A program made the position numbers and the translations under genes. Below are positions 34,785 through 42,846 of a stretch of 64,000 nucleotides of DNA, piece by piece. Source of the stretch: a virus; the IMG/VR virus record IMGVR_UViG_3300037467_001931, positions 1 through 64,000 of that record; one strand, written 5' to 3'. The number at the start of each line of letters is the position of its first letter. The first letter of the stretch is position 1. The notes under the pieces were generated by a model. That model had not been told where the DNA came from, searched no databases, and saw only the letters and a list, made by a program, of their open reading frames with translations.

Positions 34785-36113
34785 ATGGTTAAAAAAATTG
34801 TTGCAACAGAAAAATTAAATTGTGAACACCTTCTAGGGATGTTCCTTGACGAAAGTCACTATGATTTACTTGTAGAATCGGATATGGATTTCTACACGCC
34901 ACAGAATATAAATGGTGAAAGTGAAATTCTATTTTCCTTCAGGAAGAATTATTTTACTGAAGAAGAACAAAAGGGTGCTTATGATGGTCTTTTTGCCGCT
35001 GCAACAATTTCTGAAAATCGTGGAATGGCTGCAGGGACTAAGGAAGGATACACAAATACAAATGTGGCTGGTGAACGTCAATTCGTTACCAATTACGAAA
35101 GAGAAATGATGGATGCCATAATGGCTGATGTCAATGCAAAATTAGTTGAAGAAGAAGATTGCATCACCAAAGTTCGTAACAAGTATCCCACTGTTGAATC
35201 TAGAAGGAGATGTGAAGGTAGTTCCATGAATCTCACTTGGGTAATCAATAGAATCAGGAATGGTAAAAAATTATTTGTTTTTGATGATTGGGTTGATTCT
35301 ATAATTCCCCTATCGAAAAAGGAACGTGCAGAAGCGGTTGAGGATGTCAGCACGATGATGTCGCAATCTCATTATGGTAATAAAGTTTTCTCTGGTGTGG
35401 CTGGATTTTATGATCGTTATCCAAGAATTCCATATGGAAGAGCAACTTCCTACACCGAACATAATCCAGAAAAATGGAAGTTGGCATTTCCCTATCTTCA
35501 AAAACTGAGTGCTGCGTATAAGGAACTCATTCCTCTGAAATGGGCAAATCAAAATGAAGCAATTCAAAAACTCGATCCTGAATTTGTTGTGCCTGGAACA
35601 GTATTCACAACAATTACAGTTAATAAAACTTTCAGGACTGCTGCTCATAGGGATGCAGGTGATCTTTCCACAGGGTTCTCCAATCTTTGCGTAATTACTA
35701 ACGGGAAGAAATTTTCCGGTGGGTATTTGATATTCCCTGAGTTCAACGTAGCTATTAATATTCGTCCTGGTGATTTGCTTTTGGTTAACAATCATGAGGG
35801 AATTCATGGAAACACACCAATAGTTCTTGAAGAAGAAGGTGCAGAAAGAATTTCTTTAGTTTGCTATTTCCGTGAAGGAATGTTGGAACTTGGTGAAAAG
35901 AAGTATGAAGACATTCGTAGACAATTTATAAGAGATAGAAAAAATAATGAGAATCATCCATTCTGGAAATTTGGGTGGAATGGTGTTTCTGCTGGTTGGG
36001 AAAGCAGTCAAGAATGGTATGATTATCTTTCCTCAAAAGAAAATGGTGAAAGATATTTAAAAATGTATCATCCAGAAGCAGAAAAGGTTTCTCTAGAGGA
36101 TTTATTTGCGTGA
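34785..36113 (+). CDS. 2OG-Fe(II) dioxygenase, TET/JBP-like (candidate nucleic-acid base hydroxylase)
   Basis: Catalytic core FRTAAHRDAGD (HxD in the AHRD context seen in TET), ...GDLLLVNNHEGIHGNTP (distal His), ...ERISLVCYF (2OG-binding Arg). Confidence 0.55.
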   Translation: MVKKIVATEKLNCEHLLGMFLDESHYDLLVESDMDFYTPQNINGESEILFSFRKNYFTEEEQKGAYDGLFAAATISENRGMAAGTKEGYTNTNVAGERQFVTNYEREMMDAIMADVNAKLVEEEDCITKVRNKYPTVESRRRCEGSSMNLTWVINRIRNGKKLFVFDDWVDSIIPLSKKERAEAVEDVSTMMSQSHYGNKVFSGVAGFYDRYPRIPYGRATSYTEHNPEKWKLAFPYLQKLSAAYKELIPLKWANQNEAIQKLDPEFVVPGTVFTTITVNKTFRTAAHRDAGDLSTGFSNLCVITNGKKFSGGYLIFPEFNVAINIRPGDLLLVNNHEGIHGNTPIVLEEEGAERISLVCYFREGMLELGEKKYEDIRRQFIRDRKNNENHPFWKFGWNGVSAGWESSQEWYDYLSSKENGERYLKMYHPEAEKVSLEDLFA

Positions 36114-37261
36114 GAATTTTAAATATTCATTCCTACCCATTCGGATTGGTTAATAAGGAAGGATCACCGAATGGTGGTGGTGAAAAAGTTCATTTGGATA
36201 TTCATCATTTATTGGAAGAAAATGGTATTGACATTTATTCTTTTTGTTCGGAATCTGATCCTCTTCATGGTGATCGCTGGGTAAAAGTATTACCCAGCGG
36301 TGGGTTGGATCCTTGGAAAAAGAATAAAACACAAATCTATGCTGATATCACAAAGGCAATTAATAAACTCAAACCCGATATTATCATAAATAATGGTTCT
36401 GACAAGTTACTTCGATTAACGAATCATTTGAGGATTCCATCATTATTTGTTGATCATAGAAGCAATGATATCCATAAACTTTACCATGCCGATTTCTTTA
36501 CCAATTCAGCATTTAAAAATCGTGAACTTGGTGGCAAATCTGTGACAGTTTCTTTATATTCTCAACTTACAAAAAATAATGTAATTAAGAAATATTGGGG
36601 AGATAAAGGTTACGAACTTGATGGGTATCTTCAATTTCAATATGTTACTCCTGAACTGGAAAGTTATGAGGTGGCAAAATATAAAACAAAAAACTGTATA
36701 ACAATTGGTAGGCCAGAAACAAATAAGAATCCTCATAGAATTAAGAAATTTGCAGAAAAATATAAACTCGATTATAGGATTATTACGCAACTGCCGGATA
36801 AACCCAAACCAGATACTGAAAAATATTTCAACGAAAAAATAGTGGCGAATCCTGGAGTTTTAAAAAGAACTCATGTAAATATTGGCAGGAAATTCACTAT
36901 GACCATGTTGAAGAATTCCATGTTATATTATTCCACGAGTGAAATAGAATCAGCAGGTATTACAGCATTTGAAAGTCTTTGTCTTGGCGTTCCTCTTGTT
37001 TTATATTCTCCATTGAGATATCATGCTTCACAGATGTTCGCTCCAGATGGAGAAAAGTACTGTTGGGATTATGATAACAAGACAGCGAATCTCGAAGAAT
37101 ATGTTGAACATTGTAAATCTCTTAATTTTGATCAAAGAAGAGAAATCGCAAATTATACCAGAAGTCATAGCAGTAAGAGAATTATTGCCATGAAGATTAT
37201 CCAGCAATTAGATTCGATATATAACAATAAGAAACCAGTAGGATTAGAAGATTATGTGTGA
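36110..37261 (+). CDS. GT-B (GT4-like) glycosyltransferase
   Basis: STSEIESAGITAFESLCLGVPLVL is an E-x7-E donor-binding motif. The GTG start overlaps the dioxygenase stop (GTGA). Confidence 0.6.
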   Translation: MRILNIHSYPFGLVNKEGSPNGGGEKVHLDIHHLLEENGIDIYSFCSESDPLHGDRWVKVLPSGGLDPWKKNKTQIYADITKAINKLKPDIIINNGSDKLLRLTNHLRIPSLFVDHRSNDIHKLYHADFFTNSAFKNRELGGKSVTVSLYSQLTKNNVIKKYWGDKGYELDGYLQFQYVTPELESYEVAKYKTKNCITIGRPETNKNPHRIKKFAEKYKLDYRIITQLPDKPKPDTEKYFNEKIVANPGVLKRTHVNIGRKFTMTMLKNSMLYYSTSEIESAGITAFESLCLGVPLVLYSPLRYHASQMFAPDGEKYCWDYDNKTANLEEYVEHCKSLNFDQRREIANYTRSHSSKRIIAMKIIQQLDSIYNNKKPVGLEDYV

Positions 37262-37379
37262 TGGCCCTCATTCTGGATTTAAAGCTTTAATGTCAGAAAA
37301 AGTTAAGAAGCTTTTAAAAAGTACCGAGGGATTAGAAAAATTAAAAAAGATAATTCGTGATGTATCCAAAAGGAAATGA
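37254..37379 (+). CDS. small coupled ORF (41 aa)
   Basis: It overlaps the glycosyltransferase stop, and its own stop overlaps the next ATG (ATGA at 37376). Confidence 0.35.
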   Translation: MCDGPHSGFKALMSEKVKKLLKSTEGLEKLKKIIRDVSKRK

Positions 37380-38473
37380 AATTGTATAAGCATCTAGAGA
37401 ATAAAGATAAACCATATATAGATTGGCGATTACCAAAAAATCGCATGAAGGGATTTTTGATGTGGCTTGATTGGCGATTGACCTATGGTGATCTTGATCA
37501 TTATGTCTGTAATAATGCTTATCGAGATACAAAATTTTCCCCAACTGGAAAATCAATGACCATAGAACAAGCCATTTGGTTTTCATTGATTTTTGGAATG
37601 ACTTATCAATCAGAAATGGCTTGGGTTATCTATTGGCATTTTCCTAATTTATTGAGTATTAACCTCAAGGAATTAGAAGAATGGAATCTGGAAAACATGG
37701 ATAAGCAAAAGTATGCCAGGGATACCAAATATAATAAGGGAAGAATTGTTGAGCAGGTAAAATCCATTCAGGAAAATGTAGGAAGACATGGCTCTTGTGT
37801 CGGTTGGGTAAATTCATTTCTTGAAGAAAAGGAATCCGATTCTTTTTACTCTGCATATAATTCTGTTATGGAGTTCTATAAATTTGGCAGGATGACTTCA
37901 TGGATTGCCTGTCAAGTTTTATTTGAAACTGCTGATGTCCCTATAAGACCAGATACTCTATTGGCTCATGATCAATCCAGTTGGTCTGTTCGTTCTGGAC
38001 TAATGTTTTTATATAATCGTGATGACAGAGTGGAATCAACTGGAGCAGTTTTCGATAAGAACGATATTCCTTGGATACTGAGTACTGAAAAAGAATTATA
38101 TAAAATTTGTGAAGATTATATAAAGCCAGAAAACCGGAAAATATTTTCAAATTATCTTTTAGAATCACATCTTTGCCAATATAAAAAATTGATGCTGGGT
38201 GGTGATTTTCCAGGACATTCTTCTGGTGATCATGTTTCACGGGCAAATTGGTTATCTTCCAGATGGAAAAATGTTGATTTCTCTGCATTCTATAAAGAAG
38301 CAATTCAGCATCATCACCCATTAGTTAGAGGAAAAGAAGAAAATAAAGAATTGCGCAATATTTGTTGTGATACTGGTCAAATTATAAACATGCATCAAGA
38401 TTATGATTTTATGCCAAATCTATATCTTGAAATGCAAGCAGAAAGTAATAATCTCTCGAATATTTTTGGTTAA
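37376..38473 (+). CDS. uncharacterised Trp-rich helical protein; tentative aGPT-pyrophosphorylase-like DNA-base transferase
   Basis: 365-aa ORF translationally coupled to the dioxygenase-glycosyltransferase genes. The functional guess rests only on gene context and composition. Confidence 0.4.
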   Translation: MKLYKHLENKDKPYIDWRLPKNRMKGFLMWLDWRLTYGDLDHYVCNNAYRDTKFSPTGKSMTIEQAIWFSLIFGMTYQSEMAWVIYWHFPNLLSINLKELEEWNLENMDKQKYARDTKYNKGRIVEQVKSIQENVGRHGSCVGWVNSFLEEKESDSFYSAYNSVMEFYKFGRMTSWIACQVLFETADVPIRPDTLLAHDQSSWSVRSGLMFLYNRDDRVESTGAVFDKNDIPWILSTEKELYKICEDYIKPENRKIFSNYLLESHLCQYKKLMLGGDFPGHSSGDHVSRANWLSSRWKNVDFSAFYKEAIQHHHPLVRGKEENKELRNICCDTGQIINMHQDYDFMPNLYLEMQAESNNLSNIFG

Positions 38474-38508
38474 ATAAATTATACAAAGAGAAATATTTTA
38501 TGTATAAT
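38472..38508 (+). promoter_or_regulatory. class-B promoter driving tRNA-Gln
   Basis: AAATAA-ATTATAC (38478-84)-N17-GTATAAT (38502-08). The tRNA 5' end is at 38520. Confidence 0.6.
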
Positions 38509-38519
38509 TTTCTTTTAGT

Positions 38520-38593
38520 TGGGGAATGGTCTAATGGTATGACTCCGGAATTTGACTCCGGCAATGTAGGTTCGATTCCTGCTTCCTCTGCCA
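38520..38593 (+). tRNA. tRNA-Gln (anticodon UUG)
   Basis: Manual cloverleaf: acceptor TGGGGAA/TTCCTCT (position 1:72 is U:U), D arm GTCT..TGAC. Anticodon stem CCGGA/TCCGG with loop ATTTGAC. T arm GTAGG-TTCGATT-CCTGC, discriminator G, encoded CCA. Confidence 0.85.
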
Positions 38594-38689
38594 AATAGAG
38601 TTTTGGGCAGCTACTCTGAAATCCTCAGACAAATTCCTGCCTTTCGTCTCATTAAAACGATAAAACAACTGATATAATAAAGGAAAGAA

Positions 38690-39925
38690 ATGAAAGACGA
38701 AATACGTGTTTGTGTTGTTGGTGTTGGTAATTGCGCTAAATCCCTAATTGAAGGAGTTGCATTATATAATAGAACTGGAAGAACAGATGGTCTTGCTTTT
38801 TCAGAAATTGGTGGATATACACCAAGCCATATAAAATTCGTAATGGCATTAGACGTTGATGGTCGCAAAGTTGGTCATAGACTAAGAAGTGCAATTTATT
38901 CAAAACCAAATTGTGCAATGGATATGCAAGTTACTGATTTCGATTTAGAATTAGTTTGTGGTGATACCCGAGTTCTTCATGGTAAGCAGCTTGATGGAAT
39001 TGCTCCTCATATGGAACTTTTACCAGAGGATGAAGCATTTCTCCCAGTTAAAGGAGTTGAAATTACCAAGGAAGAATTCATCAATGAGTTACGTAAAAAT
39101 AAAGTAGACATCGTTGTTAATTATCTTCCTGTTGGTTCACAAGAAGCTACAGAGTTTTATCTAGATGCCTGCATAGAAGCTAAAATTCCATTTGTTAATT
39201 GCATTCCTGTATTTATTGTCTCTGATCCTGTTTGGGGGCAGAAACTAATTGATGCACAAATCCCTGCAATTGGAGATGACATGAGAAGCCAATTAGGAGC
39301 TTCTGTATTATCTCAAGCTCTTCAAGAATTATTCTTCAATCGCGGTATGAATATCAAATTCCATGAACAAACAAATCATGGTGGAAATACTGACTTTGCC
39401 AATATGATGGATCAAAGTCGTCTGGCATCCAAGAAAATTTCCAAGGAAAATGTTATTCGTTCACAAAACGATATTCGAGGAATTCCTGTTCCAAAGAATG
39501 GAATTTATGCAGGACCATCATCCTACATTCCTTATCACGGTGACAACAAGGTTGCTCATTTTAGGATTGAAGCTGAGGGGTTTGGTGGAGCACCAGTTAC
39601 TTTTGATGCACGTCTTTCTGTTCAAGATTCACCAAATTCAGCTGGTGTTGTTATAGATGCAATTCGTTATCTTCAAGTTGCCGTGGAAATGGGAATGATT
39701 GGCCCTCTTTTTGGGCCGAGCGCTGCTACTCAAAAGACTCCCCCAAAACAAATGATGATTCAAGATGCACATGAAGAGTGTGTTGCTTTATCTCAACGTA
39801 GATGGACTAAAATTACAAAAGAAAAGAATAATATTTTTAACTATATTGATTTTGAAGTTAGAAACGAACCATATCAACCTATAGATGTAAAAACTCTTGC
39901 AGATATTATCGAAAGGTCTAAGTGA
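38690..39925 (+). CDS. ino1: myo-inositol-1-phosphate synthase (Ino1 family)
   Basis: IRVCVVGVGNCAKSLIEGV, KFVMALDVDGRKVG, VDIVVNYLPVGSQEATEFY, PFVNCIPVFIVSDPVWGQK, PAIGDDMRSQLGAS, GGNTDFANM...RLASKKISK and DSPNSAGVVIDAIR are colinear with mycobacterial Ino1 as I recall it. Confidence 0.9.
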   Translation: MKDEIRVCVVGVGNCAKSLIEGVALYNRTGRTDGLAFSEIGGYTPSHIKFVMALDVDGRKVGHRLRSAIYSKPNCAMDMQVTDFDLELVCGDTRVLHGKQLDGIAPHMELLPEDEAFLPVKGVEITKEEFINELRKNKVDIVVNYLPVGSQEATEFYLDACIEAKIPFVNCIPVFIVSDPVWGQKLIDAQIPAIGDDMRSQLGASVLSQALQELFFNRGMNIKFHEQTNHGGNTDFANMMDQSRLASKKISKENVIRSQNDIRGIPVPKNGIYAGPSSYIPYHGDNKVAHFRIEAEGFGGAPVTFDARLSVQDSPNSAGVVIDAIRYLQVAVEMGMIGPLFGPSAATQKTPPKQMMIQDAHEECVALSQRRWTKITKEKNNIFNYIDFEVRNEPYQPIDVKTLADIIERSK

Positions 39926-40089
39926 TGATTACAATTAGAACTTGTAGTGATTGGATTAGAATTTATAAAGATGATTCCCGAATTTTTGAAGGTCATAGTG
40001 TAAAATCAAGTGATCTTTATGGAATCTTAAATTGTTTTGAAGAAACCGATTATAAAGAAATTTCAGATGAAGAAATGGAGAATTATTAA
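39925..40089 (+). CDS. small coupled ORF (54 aa)
   Basis: Its ATG shares the A of the ino1 TGA, and its TAA shares an A with the next ATG. Confidence 0.45.
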   Translation: MITIRTCSDWIRIYKDDSRIFEGHSVKSSDLYGILNCFEETDYKEISDEEMENY

Positions 40090-40436
40090 TGGGAGTTGAT
40101 CATTCCACAATATTTGGTATTGGTAAGTTGTTTGAAAATTCACATAAAGCAGAAGAATATTTTAGAGAAAAGTATAAATTAACTGAAGAACAAGAAGAAG
40201 AACTGGATAAGATTGGATTAGAAGAATTTTTGTCGTGTGCCGGACCGGGTGAAGATGATTTACCATTTGGTGAAACCATAAATTGCTATTCCGGTGATGG
40301 GTTTTGGATAGGATATTCATTAAACACATATGATGAAATTGTTGATCTAAAGTTATCCATTGAATATGGTGAATCACAGTGGAGAAAGGTATTTGGTGAT
40401 GAACCTGAAATAATTGATCAAGTGAGAGTTTGGTGA
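40089..40436 (+). CDS. hypothetical acidic protein
   Basis: 115-aa ORF in the coupled chain. Confidence 0.55.
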   Translation: MGVDHSTIFGIGKLFENSHKAEEYFREKYKLTEEQEEELDKIGLEEFLSCAGPGEDDLPFGETINCYSGDGFWIGYSLNTYDEIVDLKLSIEYGESQWRKVFGDEPEIIDQVRVW

Positions 40437-40759
40437 TGGATAGAGAAATTAAAGTATATGCCAGATTCGATATGTTAAATAACACTATCGATATGTTTGT
40501 TCGTTCTAAGGAAGATGGGATTTTAAGAATAGCTCCATCTTTACTTCCTGAAACATTTTCACCGGCAGAACCTGGTAAAACGCAATCTCCTACATTAACC
40601 ATAGCTCCTGAATGCGGACAGGAATTAATGGATCAATTGTGGTCTTGTGGATTGAGACCAAAAGCAGGTAGTGGATCAGCTGGTTCATTGGCTGCAACAG
40701 AAAATCATTTGAAAGATTTACGAAAAATTACATTTAATTTACTTAAGATTGAAAACTAA
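40436..40759 (+). CDS. hypothetical protein
   Basis: ATG 40436 overlaps the upstream TGA (TGATG). The ORF track lists TTG 40430. Confidence 0.55.
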   Translation: MDREIKVYARFDMLNNTIDMFVRSKEDGILRIAPSLLPETFSPAEPGKTQSPTLTIAPECGQELMDQLWSCGLRPKAGSGSAGSLAATENHLKDLRKITFNLLKIEN

Positions 40760-41139
40760 TGAAGATAAATACATATGATATAGATGGCGTGATTTTTATG
40801 GGGAAGGAATTGACTGGAGTTTATCCTGGCCCATTTGACATTATCATTACTGGTCGCTCCTATGAAGAACGCCCAGAGACAGAAAAGATGTTAGCTGAAC
40901 GTGGAATTGATAATGTTGTATATTTCAATTTAACAAAATTCGATGATAAAACAAGGGAGGATTCGGGATATCATAAAGGTATAACTATTGCTCATCTAAA
41001 GACTGTTGGTTACGAAATTGGTATACATTTTGAAGATGATCCAATTCAGGCAGGAGTAATAAAAATTATACATCCAGAATTAAATATTGTATTATTACAA
41101 CATAACTTAATGACCATGGAGAATGTAAGGCATCTATGA
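40759..41139 (+). CDS. HAD-superfamily phosphatase (small, capless)
   Basis: Motif I YDIDGVI, motif II ITGRS, motif IV HFEDDP. The layout resembles the T4 Pnkp phosphatase domain (DVDGTL, VSGRES, IDDR). Confidence 0.6.
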   Translation: MKINTYDIDGVIFMGKELTGVYPGPFDIIITGRSYEERPETEKMLAERGIDNVVYFNLTKFDDKTREDSGYHKGITIAHLKTVGYEIGIHFEDDPIQAGVIKIIHPELNIVLLQHNLMTMENVRHL

Positions 41140-41375
41140 AAAGTGTTAGAGCAAGAATACAATCTGAAATTCGAATAGATGTTAAAGGGATTTCGGATGA
41201 AGAGGCACTCAGAATCACCACGGCAATTCAAAAAATGGTGCTTTGTGGTATAGAAGTTGTTGATTCAACTATTAACAAGGAATATAAAATTTTCATCATT
41301 ACACCTGTCGTGTATAGAGATATAGATACAATTTTAATGGAATTTTCTTTAGTTACGGGATTACAAATTATATGA
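41136..41375 (+). CDS. hypothetical protein
   Basis: 79-aa ORF with an ATGA overlap upstream. Confidence 0.5.
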   Translation: MKSVRARIQSEIRIDVKGISDEEALRITTAIQKMVLCGIEVVDSTINKEYKIFIITPVVYRDIDTILMEFSLVTGLQII

Positions 41376-41455
41376 GAAATATCGTAGGTATTATCTCTGT
41401 TACTCAAGGGAATTTTTTTTGGTTTATTTCTTATTTTATGTTTAGGGGATTATGA
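41372..41455 (+). CDS. possible 27-aa coupling ORF
   Basis: ATGA overlaps at both ends keep the coupling chain unbroken. Confidence 0.25.
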   Translation: MRNIVGIISVTQGNFFWFISYFMFRGL

Positions 41456-41652
41456 TGAGCACAGAAAGAAAGATAGTTAGAAGGGGAGATATTTTCAAAT
41501 CCAGTAGATTTGGTTGGGTTAAATTCGTTGGGTTTGATTATTATCATGGTCAAAAGACTGCTGAATTATATAGTTCCGAATATAGGGATAGATATTATCC
41601 ATGGCCAGCTGATATTGAAAAAGAAAATAATGTGGAGCTTGTTGATCTATGA
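41452..41652 (+). CDS. hypothetical protein
   Basis: 66-aa ORF in the coupled chain. Confidence 0.5.
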   Translation: MMSTERKIVRRGDIFKSSRFGWVKFVGFDYYHGQKTAELYSSEYRDRYYPWPADIEKENNVELVDL

Positions 41653-42203
41653 GAAAAATTGTTGCAATATCAGGAAGACCAGGAACAGGTAAATCGACTT
41701 TAATTAATATTTTCTTGAATAAATGGTGTTGGGAAAACGTTAGCCCTCTTCCTCTAGTTAATGGGTTATACTGCAAAGAATTAGATTTATATGTGTTAGG
41801 AAAGTATGAAGCTGGGGAAGTATTTCCTGGAACAGATAAACTTTCCATGGCTGTTCAACCAGCTGTTGAACAATTCATTAAATCAAATTCTTCAAATGTT
41901 TTATTTGAAGGTGATCGCTTAACGAATATGAAGTTCTATGACTTTCTTTTATCCCTCCCAGATACAGAAGTTGAACTCGTTGTTATTAAAGCAAAGGAAG
42001 ACATTCTCACAGAAAGATATTCCGAAAGGGGATCAGATCAGTCAGAAACTTTCCTGAAAGGAAGAGAAACAAAAATAAAGAATATTGAAAATAATATGGA
42101 TTATTGGGACAACATTACTACTCTCTGGAATAATAACAAAGATGATCAACAAAAGATACTGAGCCATCTTGATCTTTGGTTGTGTGATAAGGTGAATGTA
42201 TAA
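41649..42203 (+). CDS. P-loop kinase of polynucleotide-kinase type
   Basis: Walker A ISGRPGTGKST, Walker B-like VLFEGDR. Lid motif LTERYSERGS resembles T4 Pnkp LVKRNSKRGT. Confidence 0.55.
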   Translation: MRKIVAISGRPGTGKSTLINIFLNKWCWENVSPLPLVNGLYCKELDLYVLGKYEAGEVFPGTDKLSMAVQPAVEQFIKSNSSNVLFEGDRLTNMKFYDFLLSLPDTEVELVVIKAKEDILTERYSERGSDQSETFLKGRETKIKNIENNMDYWDNITTLWNNNKDDQQKILSHLDLWLCDKVNV

Positions 42204-42778
42204 TGATTAGTGATAATAATCCAGATAGTGTTCCTGATTGGGTAAAAAATTCAAAATATCCATCAACACCACCAACTCCGGAAGAATGGGGTAGGGCATT
42301 TCCTAATTTAATATTTGTTGATAAAGAAAAATTAGCAAGGGATCAAAAGTGGCACGATCGTTGGTTTAAAAGAGCAGAAGAAGTTTCAACTTGGTCAAAA
42401 GACCCCTCCACAAAGGTTGGTGCTGTTTTTGTAAACGAAGAAAAACATAGAGAATTATCTGCAGGATATAATGGATTCCCCCGAGGTATCAAGGATGATG
42501 ATCGATTAAATAATCGTGAGATAAAGTATAAGCTTGTTGTCCATGCTGAAATGAATGGAATTTTTAATGCTGTGAATAATGGTGTAACTCTTGACGGATG
42601 TTCCTTATATGTTTGGGGATTACCAATTTGTTCAGAATGTGCCAAAGGAATTATTCAAGTTGGTGTTAAGAAAATTTATGTAAAGAAACAATTTGTTGAT
42701 AATGAAAGGTGGAAAGAATCATGGAAACTGACTCAACAGATATTTAGTGAAGCAGAAATAAAAGTTATTGTAATATAA
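42203..42778 (+). CDS. cd: dCMP deaminase
   Basis: Zinc motifs VVHAEMN and PICSECAK, with an approximately 60-aa N-terminal extension. Confidence 0.9.
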   Translation: MISDNNPDSVPDWVKNSKYPSTPPTPEEWGRAFPNLIFVDKEKLARDQKWHDRWFKRAEEVSTWSKDPSTKVGAVFVNEEKHRELSAGYNGFPRGIKDDDRLNNREIKYKLVVHAEMNGIFNAVNNGVTLDGCSLYVWGLPICSECAKGIIQVGVKKIYVKKQFVDNERWKESWKLTQQIFSEAEIKVIVI

Positions 42779-42784
42779 TATTGC

Positions 42785-42813
42785 TTTACTTTATTTAAAG
42801 TTTAGACTATAAT
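42785..42813 (+). promoter_or_regulatory. PeSL-type early promoter TTTACT-N17-TATAAT
   Basis: TTTACT 42785-90, TATAAT 42808-13. The perfect 8-bp leader hairpin TTCCTAAG (42816-23)/CTTAGGAA (42834-41) covers the SD. Confidence 0.7.
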
Positions 42814-42846
42814 TATTCCTAAGTTAGTTAATTCTTAGGAAAGAAA

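Noticed and set aside
35310-35807. 165-aa minus-strand ORF, and similar long antisense or off-frame ORFs (for example 37941-38321, 40162-40602, 41519-41848, 51020-51370, 23130-23462, 48427-48762).
   Set aside because: All lie wholly inside longer plus-strand ORFs that have recognisable motifs or sit in translationally coupled chains. They have no RBS and their sequences are low-complexity. I treat them as shadow ORFs.
38409-38594. 61-aa minus-strand ORF (MAEEAGIEPTLPESNSGVIPLDHSP...).
   Set aside because: It is the antisense translation of the tRNA-Gln gene, a classic artefact. The tRNA cloverleaf explains the sequence.
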